From the NCBI RefSeq assembly GCF_018977255.1, contig NW_024704743.1:12588001-12652000 (forward strand): a stretch of DNA of 64,000 nucleotides, read 5' to 3'. The translations under genes and the position numbers were made by a program. Position 1 is the stretch's first letter; each line of letters begins with the position of its first letter. This document shows, piece after piece, positions 13,801 through 25,800 of this stretch. Source of the DNA: Callorhinchus milii (Eukaryota). Under the pieces are notes generated by a model. It did not search any database. It worked only from the letters and a program-made list of their open reading frames with translations, and was not told the DNA's origin.

Positions 13801-16800
13801 ATGCAAATCATGCTGGGAATCAAACAGAAATTGCACATCTCACACCAACCCTAGTCTTCAGGAGTGGTGGAGCGGGGAAATCAGACCTTGAAGACATTGA
13901 TTAAGAAATTCCTTGCAGATCACCCCGCGCAGTGGCCTGAAATGTTGCCTAGGTGTTTGATGGCTTTGAGAAATGCCACTCACTCCACAATTGGTATTTC
14001 TCCCCATCAGGCTATGACAGGAGAGCCATGGTATCACCTGGTGAAGTGATATTTCTCAGGAAGACACCTATACAAACCAGTGCCTTAACTGAGAACTGGG
14101 TAATAAAAATGAGGGGTTGTATACAGGTTACTAATCAATTTGTTGCAACAAACATTAGACGATCCAAGGCAAACATGAAACAATGCTTTGACAAAAAAAT
14201 TAAACCAGCAGAGTACCAGATTGGTGATTCAGTAATGGTACTTGATTATGGGAAAAGGGAGCATCTATTCAGTCCCAAGTACAAAGGGCCTTTTCCCATC
14301 ATTGATAAAGCCAGCCCCTCAGTTTACTTACTACAATACCATAGCAAAACCAAGAAATATGTCCTTTGGCATCACATGAATCAGTTGAAAACTGTATAAT
14401 AACAGATATTACGCTTGTTCTGTCAAGAAGCACCATGGAATACCCAGATGGTGGCGAACAGTTTACAATGTTGGACAGCACCCTATATTATGGCTTTTAT
14501 CACAATTGTTCGTTATTGTTCAAATCGTAATACTCGTTGCATTGATAATTGCAGTAAGATGGGTTCATTCTCTTGTTCACGGTCTACAAGAACAGTCATC
14601 CCACTTGGATCTGGTCTTACTTATTAGAAGAAGATAATCCATGATAAAGCAAGATGTGTATTACTAACCAATTTTTGAAATATATTACTATTCAATTTTT
14701 TTTATGTGTGTTACTAACCAAAGTTTTTTTTTGAGAGATCAGAAACCTTAAGGTTCCTTCACTCTCAAGGTGGGGACTGTAAGTAGTTGGGATTATAGTA
14801 TAAGAATCATTAGTATTGATCATATTGTGAATAGATGAATTAAGTAGAATCAATTAAAGAAATAAAAACTGCCATGTGACACACACACACACACAGTCCT
14901 AGAAAGAGGTACCGAGCTAGGAGGAGTACACTGGAATGCGATCCATGGCCAGGGAAGATAAGGATAGCTGGATCTAGAGGATGGATGGTAGGCCATCTGC
15001 GCTTACAAGGGCATGTGACTTATAGGCAGGAGAGATAGGAACCTGGGATAATTGGACCAGGAGAATGGATGGGATACAAACTAGTAATTAAACAATGCTA
15101 TGATGCTGGATTTGTGTACATTTCACGGCATTAACACCGATTGAAATTTCGTTATTTTATAACAAATAAATCCTTGTATTTGAATTTGCGCTTTTTACAT
15201 CAAGGATTTACTGTAAACTATAGTGAATGTATTCAGAGTGAACAACTGGGCTATCCTGAAATATATATCCTGAACATTCATTTGACCAGGAAATTGATCG
15301 ACGGGATGACTGACGAGTGGTGCTCTTAGGAAAAATCTGCATGTAATATTTTTGAATGAGGGCCTGTGAACTACTTTTCATTTTAATGTTCACCCAAGTT
15401 ATTTGGTAAGAAGGAAACTTTCATTAGTATCAATTAAAAAAGACAAAAATGGCAATTTAAAATACCTTTTTTAGCCCAAAAAGAATGTAGCAAGAAAAAG
15501 TAGAACTTAATAGAGATATTCAGGTCAGGAGGACATCTCAAATTATTTCTCTGGGTACACTGTCAAGTGATTGTGTATGTTGTATGCAAACACTGACATA
15601 TGGGAACTACTTTGATTGTGATTTAACTGAAACCCCATGATAGAGTAGGATTCATACCAAGGAAAATTAATGGTGGACTTAAACAAAATGAAAGCTGTAA
15701 CAGGACGATTTAGTGTTGAAATATTATCGGTAAAGTATTCTTGTTGTATTCACCTTAGCTGCTGGTACTGTTTCATAGTGAGTGAAAGGTGGGGACTGTA
15801 AATAGTTGGGATTATAGTATAATCTAAATTCTAGCAATATAAAACTAATAATTCTAGCAATATGAAATTAATAGCCTGGATTCTATTGATGGAGAAACCA
15901 CATCTTGGTTGGGGTGGGAATGGGTTTTGTCAGTACAATTGGATGAAGTGGCATCTAATTTATTAAATAATCCAGTTATTTGGACTTGCTGGTTTTGTAT
16001 ACTACAGTGTGAATCGATCCCAATTGGTAGCACTCTAAAAGATTGTGTGTTCAAGCACCACATCTAGACTTTGAGCTCACGTCGAGGCTGAAACTTAAGT
16101 GCAGTGTTGGTGGTGAACTCCATTGATGCAGATGTGACCTTTTGGATGAGCCAACAACAAATTGGATTTATATAGCACTTTTCACTGAGGAGAACATCCC
16201 AAAGTGCTGGATAGTCAAGGGTTTGCACCTGAACTGAGGGTTGGAATCAAGTGACGGGGTGGAGGTGGGAGGTTGAGCTGAGGCACGAAGGATGCAAAGT
16301 TAAACAAAGCCTGTATATGGCGCTCTACAAAAGTGAAGGGAGTTACTGTGTCCTGACCAACAATCCCCCATATAAAATTATCCATGGCTGTTTGGGACAT
16401 TGCTGTGTGCAAGTTGGCTGATGTATTTGCCTTCAAAACCACTGCAGTTTATAGTATATCTTGTGCCAGCGCCTTGGGACGTCCTCCTGACGTGAAAGGC
16501 GCTTTATAAATGGAATCTTGTTGTTGTTGTTGAGATGTCTCTGCTGTATGAAAGGTGCTGTATCAAATATATGGATTATTTATTATGATCTCCTGTGATC
16601 TTTGTGTGATTTAAATCAGTTCATATTTTCACTAATCTTGTGACTATAAGACTTTTCATTTCATATATGGGATGGGCTGTTCACTTTTTTATTGTCTATC
16701 TGGTCCTCAATTGAATGAAGAGATAGGTGCAGTTTTCTTCCAAGCTACATTAGTACCTCTCATTGTTAGGTTACCAAGCGGCATCAAGGACTGTGAATTT

Positions 16801-19800
16801 CATTTTTCCTGTTTCCATCACTGGCGGCACTGCAACCTCTCTTTAGGATTGTACGTTTTAGCCTGGTTCAGATTAGGAACTGAGTGACAGTGGGACCCAA
16901 ATCTGTGCCTGTGGTCCTAGGTGTTAACACACCAATGCTCGATCCCTCCATGCTGTCCTCATAAGGGTTATTTGTAATACTGGTCCAATGAAAGTTGCCA
17001 GCTAAAATTGCTCTTTGTTTGTGCCAGGAACCGGAGGATAAAGTGTTTATTGCTATAGCAGAAGCAATGGAAGAGATGGTGGAAAATGATGTTGATGCCT
17101 ATTGGCTGGTCAAGTGCTTTGTAAACCAATTCAACACCAAATATGGAGATTCGGTGCCTCACTTGGTAAGCAATATGCTACTAAAAACATGTTAACATTG
17201 TATGGTTTCTGCAAGGGTCTACTATTACAGGCTAGCAGCACTGCTCTATTTGTTTGTGAGTCAGTTGTTCTGTACTCCAATTAATATGGTATATGCTGTT
17301 TTATCAGTGTACACTAGTTTGTCATCTCAATAACTAATAATCCCTGTTATACTTGCCATCCAGATCTGGTATTAAGAATGAGTTTGACCTGCTAGTTATA
17401 TAATGCTTTCTCAAATTTTTCAATTGGTTGAATTTCAAACCAGGAAGTTCTGGGTTTAATTTCTTAGCAAATCCACGCAATCCTTCACTCATTCAAGGTC
17501 ACTTGGAAACCTTTACAAAACGATGCTCCTGTTGGTAGGTAAGTGGAGTTTTCCCTGGGCTGAACTGACTCGATGGAGATGTGCCTAGCAAAGCCAGGTA
17601 GGCCTTGGCCCTCAGTAATCCAACAATAGCTTGTAGTATACATATGTCTTAAATCATGTAAGTGAAAGCTTGGTTCATTTCCTTTCTCTTGTTTCCTCCA
17701 CCCCTAAAGATGAGGAACAGGAAGATAAAATACAGCATGCTCTTTATTTGAGATCAGTTAACTTGATTTTCTGAACATTTTATCTAATTGGCAAGGATGT
17801 CAGCATTGGGAAGCAGGCACTTTCCCTGGGATCCCTTTGGTTGATGTAAGTGGAATCTGTTAACCTTAGATGATCATTTACATATATTGGGAGTCCTTCA
17901 AAATTATTTAAAATTGTTTGTGGACATGTTTACTGACCACGATTTAACCTTCAATATTACTTTCAAGTGATGTCTCTCTTATTCTTTCCAACCTGCCAAA
18001 TAGCCCAAGAGTCTTGAACATTATCTGAACCTGGAAGACAGCAAACTTCACACCCACTTGAAGAAATGCTCTGCCATGAATAAACTCCCTTATGACTTGT
18101 GGTTTAGGTGTTGCTTTGCAGGTTGTTTACCTGAATCCAGTCTTCAGAGGTAGGTAAGAGTTTGTCAAGTCAATAATTACAATATATAGAATTATTATCT
18201 TCATTGTATGAGCAGTTAATACTAACATTTTTGGTCTCTATTATATGGTAAGACTAGAGGTATCTTAGTTGCATGGTGTGATTTCAAGTATGCTTGTGTC
18301 TCATTCTTGGGGCTAGTTTTGAATGTCTCAATGTAGCATAGATTTGGGTATAATGGTCTACTGATGCATGAGAGCAAAGTTAGTGACACAGAGTTAGTGT
18401 GATTGAATTATCAGTGAAGCTGGTTAAAAACATGGAGTTGGGAGAAAATAGAATAATAGCAATAATCCTTGCATTTGAATATATAGAAGGGATAAGGAGA
18501 GAAAATCTGAGATGGAAATCATTAGTTACTGAGAGGTGTTAAAACTCATTGTGGTTGCGTATAATTACACGATCCATAAACTGCAACTTCCAGTGCTTGA
18601 TGGGTGCATTTTCACAAGAGGTCTCTGTGCACAGGATGTGCATGCATTTGTGCATTGCTCCATCTACAAGCAGCAAGGAAAACCTTGACATGATCAGTAT
18701 GCTTTACTGGTAAAATTAAGAAGTGATTTTAAGCAAAATTGAATATAGATACAAATTACAATTCTTCTTGATAGCAAGACACTTGAGGGATTGTAGACCA
18801 TCTTGGTTAAGGGATGAAAGTGCAGAGGGACTGAGCGTCCATAATGCCAAGGAGACTTTGGTGCCCAGAAAATCTGAAACTGTCCCAACAGTAAAAGGGA
18901 TCCGAGCAGTCACAGGTGTCAATGGGCAGAGACTGAGCAAAGGGAGAAACAGAATGGAATTGAAAAAAGTATGAATGAGTTTGATGGGACTCCAGGTCTG
19001 CTGATGTTCTGTCAGCTTGTCTGACAGACATCAGGGCCTGGATGAGTGCAAGTTTCCTGCAGCTGGATGTGGACAAGACGAAACCCATCCTTGGCTCCCG
19101 TCACACTCCTGCGGATCTGAACTCCTCAACCTCCCCGGGCTCTCCCTCAGACTCACCGAACCAGTGGCAATCTAGGTGTCGGATTCAACACCTACCTGTC
19201 CTTCCTTCCCCACATCCGGTGCCTGACCAGGACCGCCTTCCTCCACCTCTACCACATTGCCTGCCTCCGACCAAAACCTTTGTGCATGCGTTTATCACCT
19301 CCCTGTCACAATTATCCTATTCTTGCAGTCTGTAGTAATGAGAAAATAATATATATATATCAAACAGCTGGACCCGGGTTGTTTGATTGACAGTCACTTA
19401 ACAAGCAGCCCGCAGGGTAAAAGAACGCATGGACGCTAGCGCGGGAAAAAGTCCTCGCATTCGCATCATACGGTGGGCGGAACGAAAAGCCTATAAAAAG
19501 CAATGCTCGTGGTCGCTAGTTAATGGTCATCATCCGGTACGTACTGATGTGTACAGGACTACTGTACTGTCGGGTTGGTTTAAATCTATTTTACTAATGT
19601 AGTGTTGTGCTGCAAGTTGATATAGTTATGTGTGATAGTTATGTTTGATCTCATTGTTGTTTATCTTAAATTCTTGTATTCCTTACATGCAAGGTAGCCC
19701 AGGGTTGCTAGGTCTTAATAAACAGCTGTTGTTTTTAGCGAATGTTTCCTCGAGTCTCTGTAATATTCCAAAACAAGAAAAGGAGAAAACATTTCAGACA

Positions 19801-22800
19801 GTAGCTGTCGACACCAGAGTTTTGCTAGTGCGAGCAGACTCTGATTAGACAGTCCAGTTACCAGGCTTTGGAGTTAACTGGGAATACAGATCTGTGTGGG
19901 TGACTCTGACTTGGTTGAGTCATCTTTGAAACAGGAACTCACACTGACAGGGAGGGTTAGGAGAGAGTAGAGGCCACTTAGTACAAAAACGTTACTAAAA
20001 TTTGCAAGTACAAGGAGTGAGAACCATCGCACTTGGTGACAACGTGGGGCTCGAGGACATTGACGTAGAACTTCAGAATTTATTTCTACTGGAGTATAAG
20101 GATAAGATAATGGTAGATGCAGCAAGCGACCGGGACAAATTACTAACACGCAACATTCCACGTTCCGTGAAGCATACAGGGCGAACCCACCGAGAAACAC
20201 TTCCGATGGGGGAATGGCTATATGAACAAGGTGTAGCTACTACACACTCAGTAACTGAAGAGAATCGGGGTCATAGCGTGAGAAAACGTAATGAGTCTGA
20301 CCCAGGAATAGAATATTTGGAATATGGAGATTGGGATAGGCAGAGCCTCCGAACTGAAGGAATTGAAATGTTAGGATTGGCCCAAAGAGGTAATTCTGAC
20401 TACAGTAACAGAAGTAGAGAGGGAGTGAATGCTTTGTTGCAGCTGAGAGAGCTCATAAGGTTAACCGACCCAAATAAGAAAATCTAATTAAAACTGACCT
20501 CTACCCGAGTGAGCAGTACAGACAAAACTATACCTGACTCTTTACAGCCCATTATTGTGGTTCGAGAACGGGGATCACCGGCTAGCTCAGAGACAAGAAG
20601 ATCCTATGTGGAGGGTCCTTGGCGCACTGTGTGGGATATCAATAGAGAAAAAGTTTAGAGTTTGTATGAGGTACCGAGAGTACCAGCAGTGAAAGAGTGT
20701 GCGGGGATAGTTGTAGAGACCACATGGGAGGAGGCCACAAAGCAAAATTGGGAGGGATACCTCACAAAAGTACTCACTCAGTTCAAAGCCAGGGAAAAAG
20801 GGACCAGCGGAACATCTGATAATTGGTTCTGCTCCAAAATTAAAAGCAGACCTGTTTCTGTATTTAAATAATGGTGCAGACTATCTCCTAAAGGCGGAAA
20901 TGGGAGCAGCAATCTTCTCCTTGGCATCGGGGCTAACAGCAAGAATACATTTAACTCAGAAATATAGAGAAAGTGCAAAAAATGCAACACAGGTTTTTAA
21001 GCCACAGAAACAAATGCTTTCAGAAAAATATGAAAATAAAGTAACTGAAATAAATATAGCTTTGCAAGAAATGCAGGCTGAGGTGCTGAGTTTGTCTAAT
21101 CAACTTCTGCCAGTAGAAGAAATTATAGTCCAATTAAGGTTAGACGAGGCAGGGCAGCTGTACCAAATAACAGAATTAAAAGCACAGTTGAGATCTAAGG
21201 GCCTCGTAAACGAGAGACTGGGAGTTTTGATGGGCGCGAATTGCATGTGGCAAATGATAATGGCGTACAGCTGGAGAATCACTCATACACACCAAGTGTG
21301 CTAAGGCTTAAATCCTTGACAGGGACTATGCCTGAATTCAGAATAATTGAAAGCTGGTTGGATTCAGCGATATCGATAGAAAAGTTGGTAGTTTTAGAGA
21401 ATAAAACCGCCATGCAGATTTATTTGCAATCAATAGTTAACAAATGCTGGAGGGACCTGATCAACCCCGAGTGGGATAGTTTGATCATGGCACTTAGCGA
21501 AATTAAGTGAATGGTTGTACGAGAAAAAGGGCTTCCAGAGAAAATAGACCAGGTTATAGCACCCACCTGAGTGCTGAAAGCGCTCGCTTCTTTGGGGTTC
21601 AACATAAACCTTTAGAAAAGCCAGATAAGCAGATATAAAGTAGATTGGCCACACTGTCTCAGAAGATGGGGTAGGTTTTTAGGAGGGTTATCTAGATAGA
21701 ATTAGAAAACTTGTGACTTTTCAAAATAGGAAACCATTACAAGGAATTTGGGGGCAATGTTACATTATAATTAATTATGTAATCATGTGCTTAACTATTC
21801 TGTGCTGGTAAGACCTTTATATCAAAGGCTTACGAAGGCAGGGGAGATAGAAGGCAGTGTAGATCTTGACCACGTGCAGCCGGAGCTGGAGACTCTGTGA
21901 GATACCACTGGCACTTAGAGTCGTTGGTAAGGACTTATTGGTGTCGATACAAGTGGGGGTTGACTCCGCAATAGCCAGGGTCTGTGAAGAGGGGGAATCG
22001 ATTCCTCTAAAATACATTAGCTTCCAATTATCTCGAGCTGAAACCAAATTCAACTTTGAGGAAACAATCTCTCAGCTGCCACTACAATTTTAGCAAAAAT
22101 TAGAAATTTCGCACAGCATGCAAAGAAAATAAAAATTTCAACTGCATGCATCGGCATCAGATTGGCAATGCAGGGCAGAGGAAAAAGCCAAAAGGCTTCA
22201 AGGCCAAGGTGGGCTTTGTGGGAAGGGCTTTTATAAGACCCCATGGAAGAGTTTCACACTCGGTCAGAAGCAGATTTGGAGTTAGACAGCTTACTGTCTG
22301 AAAGCAGATCCCCATTGGAAGCGGTTCTTTGGGACCTGGTGGAAGGGTTAATGGTTTTATATTGCGATCTTCGCAGGATGTCAAAAGGGTGTTGGCTGGT
22401 GCTCGGATTGCTATCAGTAAATGGACGACAATGGGTTGGCAAGAGACGGAGAACTTCTTTATCCCCTGCAAAGGTATTTGAGTACAGGCTTCTGAGGTAA
22501 CTGCTTTGTTGGAGGCGCTTAAGCTCCTCCTGTTGGACGCAAACACGGATATTGTTAGTGATTCAGCCTATACGTGTCGAGCCTACATGGATGACTTAAC
22601 TAAATGGGCTATGGACAAACCATAAGGGAAAACCCTCAGTCCACAAGCAATATTGCTGACAGATTTGGGAGGAGAACAAACAGGGAGAAAAAACAGAAAC
22701 CTTTAATCCACGTTTGGCATATGATTGGACACCAAAAAGATAGAATGCAGTGTAGATCTTGACCACATGCAGCCGGAGCTAGAGACTCTTCGAGACGCCA

Positions 22801-25800
22801 TCTTGCAGGTCTCCCCTCCCGCTCCTTCTGCAATAGCTGCACAGACCTACTCACTTGTTCTGCATGCTACTTGAAACGAGCCACCACAGGCTGCCAAGAT
22901 ATCAGTGACAGGGGCAGTAAACTGTGATTTTACTACTGACCCTGAGTTAGTTAAGTTAGCGTCATTCCTGGAGTCGGGGCAAATGGACAAACTTCCTTTC
23001 TGGGCCAGAGGCAAAAAGGTTCTGGTGGAAAGATCGGAATTGTACTGGTGAAGGGAGACTTTAAACCAACTTATTCCACCTACACGAGTAAGGGGGTATT
23101 TAATTACAACTGCCCACGAGGACCTAGTAGTCTCCACAATGGAGTAAAAGGGACCAAGGAAATTCTAAGGGAATACTGGTGGTCCAATATCAAGAGGGAA
23201 GTTAAAACTACATGGTGGATTGCATGCGGTGCATTCGAATTAATCCAAACTCAGTGAAACGGAATACTCAAACCGAGTATGTTCAAATGGGATGCATCTG
23301 GGAGAGGGTTTACTTAGATCTTATCAGACCCTTGCCTAAAACAGCCAGAGGTAATCGCCATCTATTCATGTTCGTTGATTATATGACTCGATTTACTATA
23401 GCCTACCCCTCTAAGAGGTACATGGCTAAAACCATATTCCAGACAATAACAGAGCAGTTTATTCTCAGAAACAGGGTTATGAAAATTCTCGAGTCTGACC
23501 GTGGAAGCCATTTCACGGTGACATAATAAAGTTGGTGACCCATAATCTACATAATTTACAAGTGCCTTACCATCCAGGGGGTTCCGGAAAGATCAAGATC
23601 AAGATCATAAAAAAATGCTCTTAAAAAGACGTATATCCAGAGAGGATGCAGACCAGGGTTTTACCCCTCAGTGATAGACCAGGGTTTTACTCCTCAGTGA
23701 CAGACCAGGGTTTTACCTCTTCCACGGAAGACAAATGATTACCCTGCTTACACAGATGCCAACAGAAATCTCTACTTCGCAGCTGGAGAACTTTGAAGAG
23801 TCTTTAGCTGATATCGTAACTCAGCATAATACAGGTCACCATTATGAGAACACTTGTAACTACAAGCAAGGAGATTTGGTTACTTGGAAGATACATTACA
23901 GGTCTGGCACTTTACGAGAAAAATTCCACAAACCCAGTAAAATTGTGGAATTCCTAAAACGATAAAAATCCTCACTTCCAGTGGTAAACAAATAACAGTT
24001 TTGGTTGACCAGGTCAAATGAGTACAAGTTTATCAAACCATTCGAGTGTTGGGGAAATAATGGCGTGCGAGCCAACCCCTTTCTCCGGGTTCAGATATTG
24101 AGGGATGCGAGAATGCAGGAGCCATTCAAAAACTGGACTGTATAAACACCTGGAGGTGACAAGTTAAATGCAGTTGTCAAATGTTCAATGGGATCATCTG
24201 GAAAGGGTATTCTAAATTCTGGGATTGACCTAATGATTATCATCAAAATTGAGTTATAATGAGTGGCTCTGTTATACATGTGTTTTATAGTAATAACTGG
24301 CATAAATCTCAGAACAAGATACTGTGTGTAAGTTTCTGTCTTCTAGTTGACTTGAAGTGCATGCGGTTTACAGAGAGAGAACAGCAGCAGGCATCTGGAG
24401 AGCGATACGACAGAACAGAAAGTTTTGTGACAGACACTTTGTTGGACTTTTGAGTTCTTTCCTCCTACAGATTGATAACCAAGATATTATTTTCCGAACA
24501 TATTAATTATCGAGAGGGGGGAAATGTCATGGTTATCCTATTCTTGCAGTCCGTAGTAATGAGTAAATAATATATATATATATTGAATAACTATAATTAA
24601 GGGAAATGGGTAGGCCTTAGCAAACAGCATACATGAGGTACCCGAGTTGCAACAATGGAAAGGACCTGGGCTGTTTGATTGACAGTCAGTTAACAAGCAG
24701 CCCGCAGGGTAAAAGAACACATGGACGCTGGCGCGGAAAAAAGTCCTCGCATTCGCATCATATGGTGGGCGGAACCAAACGCCCACAAAAAGCATTGCTC
24801 GACTCTTCTCGTGGTCGCTAGTTAATGGTCATCATCCGGTATGTACTGACGTGTACAGGACTACTGTACTGTCGGGTTGGTTTAAATTATTGTACTAATG
24901 TAGTGTTGTGCTGCAAGTTGATATAGCTATGTGTGATAGTTATGTTTGATCTCATTGTTGTTTATCTTAAATTCTTGTATTCCTTACATGCAAGGTAGCC
25001 CAGGGTTGCTAGGTCTTAATAAAGAGCTGTTGTTTTTAGCGAATGTTTCCTCGAGTCTCTGTAATATTCTAAAACAGGAAAAGAAGTAAAAACTTCAGAG
25101 AGTAGCTGTCGACACTGGAGTTCTGCTAGTGCGAGCAGACACCGATTAGACAGTCCAGTTACAGGCATTGGAGTTAACTGGGAATACAGGTCTGTGTGGC
25201 TGACTCTGACTTGGTTGAGTCCCTTTGTATCCCCCCTGGATTACCTAAACGCACTCCTCGTCGGTCTCCCCAGCTCCATTATTCAAAAATCCAGCTCATT
25301 CAGAACTCTGCCGCCTGCATACTGACTTGGACCAAACTCTGTACCCCCATCTCACCAATTCTGACCAGGGTCCACTGGCTCCCCATCACCGAATGGATCG
25401 ACTTCAAGATCCTTACACACCTCCCTACCTCTCCGATTTTCTGATTCCCCAATCCACCACCTCTGCTGGACCGTCACTGGCCTCCTGCTTGTCCCTCACA
25501 CCCTCATTCAGCCACCATGTCCTAAAAGTCTGGAAAAACTCCCTTCATCCCTCCACCTTGCCCCCTCCCCCTGAAAACCTTCCTTTTCAACCATGCTTAC
25601 AGACATTCCCCACTTGCTCGGAATCAGTTTTCGCCACTGTTAATCGCTCTGAGACGTTACCCTGCGTGGACGGAGGCTAAATAAGTGTAAGTTGTTGTTG
25701 ACATAAACAAGATTAAGTGCACAAGTGTTCTTGTAATATTGATACAATCAAATGAATTCCAAATAAGATCATTGCTTTAATGGTTGCAAATGGTCCATAT

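Larger units (their letters stand above)
7354..15092 (+). mobile_element. decayed LTR retroelement / endogenous retrovirus ERV-A (basal, lokiretrovirus/NYNRIN-like) in TBC1D7 intron
   Basis: 5' LTR TG...CA, tRNA PBS, gag-pro-RT-tether-RH-IN order, PPT and a truncated 3' LTR; many stops and frameshifts. Confidence 0.9.
19304..25229 (+). mobile_element. foamy-virus-like endogenous retrovirus ERV-B, internally deleted, inserted into an L2 in a TBC1D7 intron
   Basis: Paired LTRs, tRNA-Lys1,2-type PBS, foamy-like Gag and Pol motifs, PPT, and a TCCC 4-bp TSD (19300-19303 / 25230-25233). Confidence 0.88.
18985..25700 (+). mobile_element. L2 LINE 3' fragment split by ERV-B (18985-19303 and 25230-25700)
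   Basis: ORF2 motifs FLQLDVDKT, then HAFITS|PLDY across the insertion, [14 protein letters not shown], and a GTT tail. Confidence 0.85.

Noticed and set aside
19922..19950. Apparent lack of a PBS where ERV-B LTR homology ends (self-priming idea)
   Set aside because: The 5' LTR continues to 20031, where a Lys1,2-type PBS follows; the 3' LTR simply lost its distal U5
23649..23720. Regularly spaced repeats resembling a CRISPR array
   Set aside because: A contiguous tandem duplication with no unique spacers, inside an integrase pseudogene of a eukaryote
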